Source: Tubiluchus corallicola
Lineage: Eukaryota > Animalia > Priapulida
Assembly: GCA_030141605.1 (NCBI GenBank)
Contig: JAQGDQ010002372.1
Coordinates: 62,001 to 126,000, forward strand
Length of the DNA stretch: 64,000 nucleotides
Reading direction: 5' to 3'
Position numbers and translations under genes: made by a program. Positions 26,716-39,100 of this stretch are shown here, one piece after another. The notes under the pieces are model-generated. The model did not search any database and was not told where the DNA came from. It worked only from the letters and a program-made list of their open reading frames with translations. Position 1 is the first letter of the stretch. Each line of letters starts with the position of its first letter.

Positions 26716-28354
26716 GTTTAAATGTTATTAATTGCAGTTGGTTAACAATTCCTGACGACCTCATACATATGACAATATATCAAATAGACATGATGAACTA
26801 ATACGAAGAAATTGTCTAACTCTAACCCCATTTTATAATACTCAAATGAAATTCAACTCAAATTGAATGAATGGAAATTCACTCAATTTAGTATTTCTTC
26901 ATTACGTGAAGAAATTATGAACCCTTTTGAATGTTTGAAGAAGTTTTTGAACAACACAATTCAATTTATAAAGAAATATCTGTGAGCAGTTACCTGCTCC
27001 GAATCATGACACGTTTACTCACACATCGTTGGTTGTACATAAACTCCCATGCTTTTAGAGTCTGCCATGTTGGAATCACCATGTGAGCAAACTCTGAATA
27101 TTAGGCCGGCCACAAAAAATGGCTTTTGTCTTACCTCATGAGCCCAGAAGAAGTCAGTAGGAAGAGAGGGGAAAATTTTTTTTAAAGCTTTGTGAATGTT
27201 TAAAGCTGAATTGTGGAATATTTAAAATCAGTTGAAATCAAAGTAGTTTATTTTCCACTTGTTAGCAGTAATGTTTTAAATTTTTTCGATACACATTTTT
27301 TACACGCTTTGTTTTTTAGTTTCGCATTACTAAATTATCGTATAATTATTAATTATTGCATAGTTTCTCTTTTGTATCATAAACGTGTATGTTCTGATAA
27401 TTATGGTGCAAGTGGCAACACTGCTCGGCCGTTAATACACCAATTTGGCAGAAAATTCGATATTTTTAGACTCCAATACAATGCAATCATACAAAATGAC
27501 AGCCCTGGCCGAGAGTTAGCCGTGGAAAAACATGGCCGTGTCCTGCATTTTCCGAAAGAATGATGTTATAGTAATTAATGAGTTTTACGTTTTGAATTAA
27601 AAATGCGCTTCTATATGACTGATTATGCGGAAACAGAAATACTTTTATTGTTGGCCTCAATGCACAACGAACAACAAACCACCTTTGGTTGGTGTTGTTA
27701 CAGGTTCATGATTCCATGTGTTGTTTTCAGTACTGCAATGATTTTGCCAGGGCAGCACTATAATCATGCACAGTAAGAGAAAATACAGGCATTTCCCTTG
27801 TAAAAGGCTTTAAAAGCCACCTGGAAATCACATTTTAACATGCATGTTTGCAAGATAATTGTGGACAAAATCAGCAGCATGTTGTGGATGAATATGAATG
27901 TGTGACACTCTGAACTAAGGCTGGTTATTTTAATCCTGTTTGCATCTGTCTTGTGATAGTTCATCGATGATTTTCTGTGTGTGTGATTTGATTTGCTTGT
28001 GAAAAATTGTGTGATGTTAAAATGCAAAGGAAAGTAATGGTTAAACAGTTAGTGATTTTCTAAACAGTTACATCATTTAGTGGTCGGTTAAATGTTTAAA
28101 CGATTAACCGTCTCAACCTCATTGAAGAATGAAATCTAGACTGGATTCATGAGAAAGAAGAAGCCTGCAAACACTGACTTTTCTGCAGAATGATACTAGT
28201 GCCTGTAGTTCTAAATGCCTATATGTTTTTGCTCTATAGATGAGTATGTGGTGTATATAGTGTGTCAAATTGTCATAATCATTGTAGGTAAAGTACATAT
28301 GCCACAAAAAAGTAGTTTAGAGATTGAGTGTATGATGTTATAACCCTATTTTAG

Positions 28355-28434
28355 GTTCCTTACAGAACGGCTCCTAAAATTAAAGCCATAATAAATATCA
28401 AAATGATGGGGCTAGCTGCAAAGATGAATTAAAG
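28355..28434 (+). other. Candidate non-coding 5' UTR exon of ABCB6
   Basis: Acceptor ctattttag (alternatively ccttacag at 28365) and a strong donor AAAG|GTGAGT at 28435. No transcript evidence. Confidence 0.35.
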
Positions 28435-28530
28435 GTGAGTTGAATTAACAATCTCTGTAATCTGTATTTATAAGATTACGTAAGCTGTATAGCTTGTTTT
28501 TTACTATAAATTTTAGTTATCATTAATTGG

Positions 28531-29510
28531 AATGCAGGTAAAAATGGCACAAATAAAAGTGACGCGAGAAAATTGGCATGGTAAAAACAGTGCAGGTAAA
28601 ATAGTAAAGGTAAAATCGCACTTTAAAAACATGCCACAGGAAAAAATGGCATACTTGGTAAAATATGAATTTAGGGTTAGTGTTACTGCGGGAAGTCATC
28701 CTTCAATGCAGCTTGTTTGTTTCATGGTAAGAATGGCACAGGAAAAAATGGTACACTTAGTAAGTAAAATATGAGTTTAGGCTAGGGTTGCTGTGGAAAG
28801 TTATGCTTCAACACAGTTTCTTTGTTTGTTTGCTGTTTTTTGTCTGTTATAGCAGTAAGCCTGTTATGCAATAACCACCTAATGGATTTCCATGAAACTT
28901 TGTAGAGAGGGTGGCTATAGGGTGCGAAAATCTGCATTTCATTGTCCGTTTTTTTGCTAAACTTGACCGAACACCAGATACAAAAAGCATTTTGTGAAGC
29001 ACTTTGCAGAGGTCCCAGAGATAGTGTTTAATACTTTTTATTATCTCCACCAAAACAATAAACTACGAGTTAGTTCTAAGTTCCATTTTGAGAAATTCTC
29101 GCTTGGAAAACTGTGTAATCCTGTTCTATAACCTTTGCTTATTACACTGCTATCTAATTGCTTATTAAACTGTTTGCTTATCTAAACGTTATGAGCTGAC
29201 TTGGTATCTAAATACGTATATATGTCAGTCTATTAGGAAAGCAAAATTAATGGTTAAAGAAAAGTAGATAAACACTAGGTGGAATATATAATACTGATAC
29301 AGGTACATTTTTGCATGTTTGCTTTTTATTTTTGTTTTATGTTTTTTTAATCTAAAGAATCAAATGAATGAGTTTAAGATTAGTCGACTTTGACAGAGGT
29401 CTGCTTCCTATTGAGTGCATTCTAGCTTTATTGTAGAAATCAGTTGCGTCAAAATAACATGTGCCATTTTAACATGCAATTTTTTCTTGTGCCATTTTTA
29501 CTGCACAATC
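28531..29510. mobile_element. MITE with aaaatggcac subrepeats, holding nested Crypton-like remnants
   Basis: Left tgcaggtaaaaatggcaca is inverted at right tgtgccattttttactgca. Internal pieces (ttatctccaccaa...gaggtctgc...gagtgcattctag; gatttccatgaaacttt) resemble non-autonomous CryptonV-type repeats, a family call made from memory. Confidence 0.5.
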
Positions 29511-29814
29511 ATTTGTTGTACTGTGGCTGTACACACTGTTTTACTCTGCAGTTTTTTTCTGGTGCATGTGTGCACTTGCTAGTTTTCAATCTGAAATGTA
29601 ATTAAAGGTTAAAATTTTGTGCATTTTTTAGTCGTCGCACTGGTAAAATTTTAGGTTGTAGCAATATGCAATTAGCAAGTTGCTGGAATAACCTGACTTT
29701 AGGTGATGTGATCTTGACTCATTTAAATGAATGTTAGATCGTGACACTTGCTGGTTGTGTTTTTTTCTAATTAATTTTTAGTAAAATGTTGTAATATTCC
29801 AAAATATATTTTAT

Positions 29815-30072
29815 TGAGTTTAGTTTGTTTAACATTAGGCCCTGTTGAAGTTGCAAATTGAAGTAAACTATCATTCTTACAGAGTATTAAACTACAAGTC
29901 TGGTGAGTTTAGTGTGTTAAGATTAGGTCCAGTTGAAGTTACAAATTGAAGTTAACTATTTTTCTTACAGAGTAGTAAACTACATGAGTTTAGTTTGTTT
30001 AATGTTATGCCCTGTTGAAGTTGCAAATTAAAATTAATTATCTTTCTTACAGAGTATTAAGCTACAAGTCTG
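29815..30072 (+). repeat. Three tandem ~81-89 bp copies spanning a splice acceptor
   Basis: Unit tgagtttagt...gttgaagtt.caaatt.aa....ttcttacagagta.taa.ctaca starts at 29815, 29904 and 29985. Confidence 0.9.
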
Positions 30073-30146
30073 CCATGCTCTAATAGCCAATTAAAAGATG
30101 CTGAGTTTAACATTTTATTGATTGGAATTGCAACTGGTGAATAAGA

Positions 30147-33100
30147 ATGGAAGACCCTACTAGCTATTGTCCACCTAACATTACTTTGAGAGTTGTATGG
30201 GATCATGGACTCAATCAGTGCTTTTTAGAGACTGTTGAATCAGCCATCCTTTTTGGCATTATTTTCATTTTTGGAGGTATTACCTTTTTGAGTTTGTTTT
30301 CTCTTTTATAGAATTATTTTTCTTGTTGTTATTGTTGTTGTATTTCTCATGATCAACCTAACTGATTGCATTATTATTTTAAAGTTTTGCCATGCAATAT
30401 TATCAGCCTAACGTGTTTCTTAAAAAAAATGACTTTTGGGCTGAAGTCATTCTTTTTTCTTTGTTGTAAGTAGACAGAATAACATAATTGATGCTTAAGC
30501 TTTTTGTAAAATGCAAACAAATGAAGCAGTTAATTCAAACGTGTGTTTCTTAAATGGAATGTAAATTTTGACCATTTTTTGTAATTCTGTACGATACATA
30601 AGTGTACATTATATTTTAGGAGCACAATTGTACTTTTATCACAAATATTCTAATCTCATTGATCCCAGAATACGACCAAAAAGCTTTTTCTTCAGTCTAC
30701 AGGTAACTTGAAGCTTTTTTTTCAGTAGTTTGTGTCTTAACACATTTTGCAACTGGTGAAATTCTAAGTATAGTGTGCAAATTTCAGAAAACCCTTGCTT
30801 TTTGATCAGTTCAGTGTAAATTAATATTATATAGCTTACTATAAGATCCTGTGTAAGTAAATCACTAATATGTTGTTAAGAAGTCAAATTCAGGATACTA
30901 AATTTTCAGCACTCTAGAAAATGCCAACAGTAAGATAAGTTCTGCAACTTCTATTGGTAAAATAGCAGTGTATTCTAACCTGATATTATGTTAAGTTGCT
31001 TAGCTTTTTTTCAAATTTAAAACCCTGCTAATGTCACATATTGTACATAAACTTTTTTGAAATTTTTATTTTTGAAATGTGATACTTGAGTTTTTATTGT
31101 ATTTTTTTGTTTAGTTATTTCTGACAGTTCTTCTTGCTCTAGAAGCAGTGGTGCATTTGATTTTGTATGGAACAGTATTAGGTAAGGTATATTTGTGTTA
31201 ATTAATTAAGCATAACTAAGAAACGATGACTAATAATATCTTCATCATTTCTAAGAAATCAATCAAAAATCAATTTGAACTTGTAAAGTAGCCAAAGAGG
31301 TGTTGGCTAAGCTGATTTTAATTATACCTGATTTGATACCTGTCCAGTCTGGTAGTTTGCTTTTTACTTTGCTGTGTTAAAACTATTTTCGTTGAAGTGG
31401 TGAGCAACTTGAAAATTTAAAGAATTATTGCACAGTGGTAGATTGCAACAATGCATTCTGAAAGAGAGCTATAGAGTCGATCTCATAGTCCTGTTGCTTA
31501 TATATTTCTTTGTGTTTTCTGAAGGTGATAAGCATATTTATGGATTTATGATTTTGAGTTCCATATTCTACCTGGCTGCATATTCCATTTCTCTTGCACT
31601 GATAATCGTAGAACGACGGCGCATGCTGCCAACCGTTCCCACCAGAGGACATGGCATGATCTTGCTGATATTCTGGATGCTTGCTTTGATCAAATCAAAT
31701 TTAAGCTTTCTTAATTGGTTTAGCGAAGAATGGTGGTTCAAGCAACGCACGTAAGTAAGCCGACAGCTACAGCAAATTTTTTGTTCAGAATCCTGTGGTT
31801 TATAAGTTTTAATTGGTAAACTGATTAACAAGAAAGTAAATATTTAGTGCATTTTGAAAAGATGAAGAGAAATTCTATGTCATTGCAGAAGCATTGATTC
31901 TTTTCTCTGAAATTAATTGCTTTCTCTGCTTTTAATTGAAAGTAATAGTAATTAACTAATATAGTACAATGGAGTTGGAAAAAACAGTATAATACTCCAA
32001 GGTGTACTACGTTGTCGTATACAGTGCTGTAGTATCACTGTATTTCTTAACAAAGATGCGTCGTGAAATTAATACTTTAACAAATGATAAATCATGTTTT
32101 CTATTATTAGGTACATTTGTAACATGGAGCATTTGTTTAATTTTGATTAGTCACTTTCATTAAAGTTTATATAGTTTAATTTTTGCTGACAAAAGGTAAC
32201 ATATTGTCCTTTTTTTATAGAAAGTCAGATAATATAGAGACTGCTTTATTCGTCATAAGGTATATCTCTACTGCACTTTTGTTTATCATTGGCCTTGCAG
32301 CCCCAGGCTTACCAAGTAAGCGAACTTGGTATGCAATGCTAAGCAGAGATGTTTCAAATATAGAGGAGAACAAGGTATTTTGTTTTTTGTATATTGCTGT
32401 AAGTATAATTTGAATCGGAGTAACTTCAAATAGAATTTGCTAAAAGGTTTGCTGTTGGTGATTTGATATGTATTTCAAAGCATTAAATGAGAATTTTAAA
32501 ACTTTTTTCCATCATTTAATTGTGTTGTAATTGAAGGATTGTGATCGGGTGCTGACATAATTTAATTTTTTTTGTTAAATGAGGAACATAAAAGTCATAA
32601 CCTCATACTTGTTGATTCACAGTTTTTGAGAAGCTAGAATCTGAAAACATATTTGTATTTGTTCTAATCATTTGTTTTTTAATGCTAAGGTTATTCTCTT
32701 CGTTTGGGACAAAAACACGAAAAATAATGCTATCATTATGTATTGAAATAATAAGGAAATGTTTTCCTTGGCACATTTATAGTTTTTGTTGTTTATTTAG
32801 CCATTAACAGAAGAAACGCCACTTAGAGGAGCACATACTAATACTAGTCAGTCTACATGGACAAATGTCTGGGAAAAGACGAAGCTGATATGGCCTTTTG
32901 TATTTCCAAAGAAGAGTCTTATGCTACAACTGCGAGTTGTATTTTGTTTTTTCATCATTGCAGCTGTGCGGGGCCTGAATGTACTTGTACCTGTGTATAA
33001 TAAACTAATAGGTTTGTTATTCAATTTTTTTGTTAAAATAACGAAAATAATTGGAATTATGATAGATAAATGTGACAGTAAGTATTGAAGCACAAGTACT

Positions 33101-36100
33101 TTTTGCTACAGTAGGCTATGTACAAGTACCAGGCCATTCGAAAACTGTTTGTGTACAAGTACTTGAGTATAGGAAAGTACCAAGTATATAAATAAACAAT
33201 ACTAATATTGATTTACCAATTAAAGTTATTTCTAACATTAATGGTTTTAAACCTTCACTAAAAGCTTGATAATGTTTATAACTGTGTTGATTTATGTAGA
33301 TTATTATAGTTTTTGTAAAGTACACTGGAAGATGATTATAGTTAGAGTGCTTTACTGTATGTTTTATTTTTTGTGTTGTACAAAATATGTATTTTATCAT
33401 TTTAATGGATGACTGATGTAATACAGAGTTTGATTTAGTTAATTTGCTCGCCTTTTTAAGTTCCTCAGTGTTTTAAAATTTTCTTGTTTTTTGTTGTTAG
33501 TTTTCTTAAAGCATGTTGCTGAAGACCACATGTTAATTATTTAAATTATTAAGTTTTTTATTACATTATAGTTGATAGTTTAACCGGAGTTGATTTGGAG
33601 TTTAAATGGGACTACATTTTGATTTATGTTGTACTTCGACTGCTTCAGGGAGGAGGAACAGGTAAAAATATTGTTAATACTTTAATGTTATATTATGTAG
33701 TTGTTCGAACGCAAGTTTTGAATATGAGTTAAAGTGTACATGCCATACACTATGGTGTATGTTTGCTAGGTGATTATTAACAGATAAGTGCTTAAAAATT
33801 GTAAGGCTAATGTGTGAATGTTCAAAATTTTGGCAATATGGCGTGAAGTGCCAGCACCCACAGATGCGTGATTGTTTTTGAAACTTTTACTTCAGTAAAC
33901 CATTAATTTTGGTATAAACAGTTTTTACCTTTATTGCTAAACAAAGAGTAACAATTTTGCTGCTGCATTAGTCACTTTAAAAAGCCCACATGCTTACCAG
34001 AATTCAATTACCACACTTTTTGCCCAAATTGGGTATCGTGTCCCACCTCATTTGACTGTGTAAGACTGACTTTTTTTATCATTCATGATTACAGGTTCTA
34101 TGGGGTTGTTGAACAACTTGAATACGTATTTGTGGATTCGTGTTCAACAGTATACAGCTAGGGAAATACAAGTAGATCTCTATAAACATTTACACGGGTT
34201 TGTATTCTCAACAGTTTTTTCATAGTGCTTTCTTGCACACAAAAGCATGTGAAGATGTGCCTGCTATAAGTGAATTTAGGGCAGCTGAAAATGAAAAAAG
34301 ATTTAGTGCTGTTAAGCTAATAAATGTAATGTAGAAAGTGTGCAGGGTTGCTTGAAAATTTGTGGTGTGCATTGACATACTGATACCGACGACTAGATAG
34401 CCAGACGTGTTTCATCGGCAGTCTGTTTTCTAATTAAACAACATAAGAGATACAAAACCCAGAGAAATTATTACAATAGTGCTTTATGATTAATGGTGAT
34501 TGATTTTTGCAGTAGTTTTTATGTAATTTTTCCAAAGCTATATTTTTTTGATAGGTTATCACTAAGATGGCATTTAGGAAGAAAGACTGGAGAGGTACTC
34601 AGAGTGATGGATAGAGGCACAACAAGCATAAACACTTTGCTCAAGTATCATATTTATTACTGTCTGTTACTAACTATCATTATTAAATGTTTGCAAAACA
34701 TGGAGTTGCCACAATTAACAAATAATAACCTTTTCAATTATAGTGAGTAATACTTTGAAATTTAAAGTGCAAATGCCTGAACATTCTACCTTCTCTGGGT
34801 TGCTATGATGATTATTTTGATTTAGTCCTTATACTGCTTAAAGTGTTTTTGATGAGACTTTTGCAAGTCTACGTTATTTTAGGTAGTAATTTATTATATA
34901 GGTTATGTGGACATATTGTTTCCGCAGCTAGTGCTTTAACTTTATTATCTTTTGTCAATTTATACATCAGTTGAAAGACTTTAATATATTTATTATTAAT
35001 GATTTAAAGAATTATTTTTAACAAATGCTTGCTAGAAGGGCAAGAAGTAAAAAACTCTTAATCTTGAAGTAATGAGAATGCATATGGGTCTGGGTCCAAT
35101 AACAGTTGGATTGTTCGTTTATTAGTGAGCATTACAGGCCTATTGACGTTTTATAGACTGACACCAGCCAGTTAATTTTTTTGCACAATTTTGTTTGTTT
35201 GAATAAGTACACAAATTTATTTTTATTTACATGTTTTCAATATTGTGTTTTTCAATTATGCACTATTCAACATAATAGCTAAAGCATTTAGTGGATTTTT
35301 TTAAGTAGGTATAGTGATTCGAAACAAATTTTGTTGTTTCCGATATTGTTTTGCAATCATGATTATTGTGATTAATTCCTACAAATGTCATATTTTTTTG
35401 TTTTCAGCTATATTATATTTAACATCATACCAACAATAGTAGATATTATAGTTGCAATTGTTTACTTCGCAACTACTTTCAACTTGTGGTTTGGCCTCAT
35501 TGTTTTCCTGACAATGATGCTCTATTTAGGTATGTATTATGTACCTGATATGTATGTATTATGTATTAAATAATACATACCTTACTTTAACTTTTGTTAG
35601 TTCAGTGGAAGGAAAGTATAGGTCGAATTTTTCAGGCTTTTCGGTTTGTTGCACTGACATTTGCTTGTCACTGAACAAGAACATTTGATGATGCTGACAT
35701 CAGTAACGGAACTTTCCTATGGTATATTATCTCACGGACATTATGTCTTCTAATGACAAGGAAGATCTTTTTTCACACGGCTAAGTGGTTTGAAAATGTT
35801 TTGCGTATCCGCACGGTCACTGGCTATTTGTTAGACGACATGTTGTGTGCATTGCTAACATCATGCCATTCAAATGATTTTAGTCTGAAACAGTTTGAAA
35901 ATGGTTCCAAATTACCTCCCAAAATGGTTCCAAACCAGTTTTGTGCCCCAACACTGTCGTGTGAACACTCAAACCAACTTTTTTAAAATGGTCTACATTT
36001 GCTGTTTTGAAAGGTATGCATATTATGAAGCTGCTTTGTTAAATACTATAGGATACAAATCTTTTTGTTTATCCTCATGTATGATAGATGTCAAGAGAGT

Positions 36101-39100
36101 ATTGTTTTGTGTATGAGACTGAAATTACACTCTACATTTTTATCTGTTAATTTCAAAATTGCATATTGCATTCAGATTTTTTATGATAGAGATTTAATTT
36201 GATGTTAAGGTTAATTTGGTTTATTATTTATTACAGTGTTTACAATACTCGTCACAGAGTGGCGCACGAAATTCAGACGTCGAATGAATTTACTTGATAA
36301 TGAAACCAGAGCAAAAGGAGTTGATTCACTATTAAATTTTGAAACGGTATGCAGATTTCTAAATACGCATTTAAATATACAGATACCCATAGACATAGAC
36401 ATAGGCATGTTTATTTATCTCTTATAGTGCACATTTACATGAAATACATAGCTGATTAATCATATAAAATTTACATGAAAATAAGAGGAAGAATATATAT
36501 TAATAAGTGATTACATGGGTGCAAGAGAAAGGGTAGCAAAATTAAAGGAAAAAGGGTACAATAACTAGTACCTGGTATATAGATAGCCTAGATATATAGT
36601 ATATAATAAATAGAATATAGTTCCCCAGAAAGTCAGGTTTTTGCATAATATAAATTTGCATTTTCAACACAACTCATAACTTCTAAGCATTAATTTGTGT
36701 TGCTTAGGATTCTCCTGAACAGGTTTCCTTTTCTAACTTTGTTTTGCTTGTGTGTTTAGGTGAAGTATTATGGAGCAGAAGATTATGAAGTACAGCGTTA
36801 CCGAGCAGCTATACTTAAATTTCAGGAAGCTGAGTACATATCCACAGCTTCTCTCAACCTACTCAATATGGTGCAAAGTTTTACGATAAATGCTGGGCTG
36901 TTAGCTGGTTCTTTGTACTGTGCCTGGTTGGTCGTTGGTGGAAAAGGATTGACTGTTGGTGATTATGTGCTGTTTTCAACTTATCTGATTCAACTGTATG
37001 TTCCACTGAATTGGTTTGGCACATATTACAGGTAGGACTGTTACTAATGTTCATTAATTGGAATCTTAGAGTGTAAGCTGATTTAGAAATTAGTGTCAGT
37101 TGATCATGAGAACTCAAAAACTGGCTGCATATATAAAAAAATTTCTACTGTTTGAAAATGTGATTTTAAGAGAGATCTAATTATGGTCAAGATGCAATTT
37201 TTTTAATCAGTTTAATCAATTGAAAGTTAATCTAATGAAATAGTGCAATGAAAAATGATCTTGAACATTTCTTTTGTTCACTAGGCGCCGTTTATTAGAC
37301 TCACGGTTAATAGACTCAGTCGCCTAATTGACTCAAAAACGTCTGGTATCGGCCGCTCCTATTCAAATGTATATAAAAACTGTCGATAATTGACTCAATT
37401 TTTCCTTCACATACTTAAAATAAGACACTTGTGTATGCCCAAAGATCTTTTACTGCTTTTATGTCAACTTTACGTCAATTTTGTGCATTATTAATATACA
37501 TAGAAACAGTTATGTTAGGTACAGTTTTTGTTTGTAAGCAGGCTCAGTATGTTTATCATATGCGTTAATGGTTTTGCTTTGAATCTGACACCCCCTCATC
37601 CACCTGCAGTTAACCTTGTTGGTTCTGGAAGCTAAACATTTAATCAGTTGTCCAGCAGTTTGCTTTTGAAGTTCCTACTGCTTTTCACAGGGGAAACAAG
37701 GTCATTGCCTACTGTAGTTCAAGCACTAAGTGACTAGGTGGCTTGCTTGAATATGTGCAGTATACAGCAACAGATTTTCAATGTTTTCATCATTATGAAA
37801 TTTTATAAACTTCTGCGTGAAGAAGTGAAGCAACAAACCTTGAATATTCGTAATATTTAGTGGTAATAATCAGATTACCGAGATTTTTTATTTTCTTTTT
37901 TATAAATTCACTTATGCACATAGTGTTCTTAAATAATTGCACATCAATAGGAATTTTGACATTAATTCATTTCGAACATTCATTTAAAGCCTTTCCAATG
38001 CATACTATGGTGATGCCTGATTACTCATACTTCTATAGTAATAGGCTACACCCTTTCTAATTGAATTAATCAGTTAGTTGGGTCAAAACACTTCCATCCC
38101 AAAGTGAGTCTATTAAAATGTAAAATGTTTATAAAACTTTTTTTGTTCTCCTACAGCACAAACATTGAACAAACTCACTTATCCAAATACGTAAAATCCC
38201 AGATCCTTTGTTGGAACGCAAATTGCACTAAATTATAACTTGTGAAATTACTAGCAGCTAGCAGATTGAATGAACTTTTTCATGTGAACAATGTAAGCCA
38301 AATTATATTAGCTAGCAGAAAGTATTTGAATTTTATGAGGCTAGGTAAATAAATATTTTGCGGAATTATACCTTCCAGTCATCCCAGCAAAATTTGAACA
38401 AAAAGTTTTTGGATAAAGTAGCAGAGGTACAAGAGTGCACATTTCACACGTATTTGATTATCATTTCTTTAGATGCAAGTGCTTTATGTATTGTTTGTAT
38501 TTATTTTTGGTATTTATGGTATTTTATTAAGTTACCAAAACTCATTTTTCAACAGGATGATACAGCAGTCCTTTATTGATATGGAGAACATGTTTGATTT
38601 ACTAAACCAGAAACAGGAAGTGCAAGACACACCTGATGCCTTAGACTTGCGTGTATCTAGTGGAAAAATAGAATTTAAAGATGTCTGCTTTCAATATGAT
38701 GACAGGTCTGCAAGTTTTTACATATTGATGTTCAGCTAACAGAAAGTATTTGAATTTATAGGTTATAGGTTCTAGTGCTCTAGGTTATTGTAGCTGCTAC
38801 AAAACAAAATAAATTCAAATTGCTTTTGAATGCACACATTTGTTTAAATTCAAATATTTTTTTGATAATATGAAGTAGTTAGAAAAAATTTAGAGTAAGT
38901 TTTCACATTAAATATCACATTGACACAGCGAGTTAAGTAAATTGTATTTAAGTGGCAATCAAGATTTACAACAAACTAACACTTCCAGAAAACAGCTTTT
39001 GAATATGAATATTTGAGCCTTCAAGAAGATGCAGTGTTGCTATAACATATGTACTTCCCACTCTTCCACTTTGGTTGTCATCCAGTTCAGTTCTCTGTTA

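Noticed and set aside
34645-34655. Donor GTATCAT as a possible U12 intron in ABCB6
   Set aside because: It does not match GTATCCTT, and I saw no U12 branch consensus.
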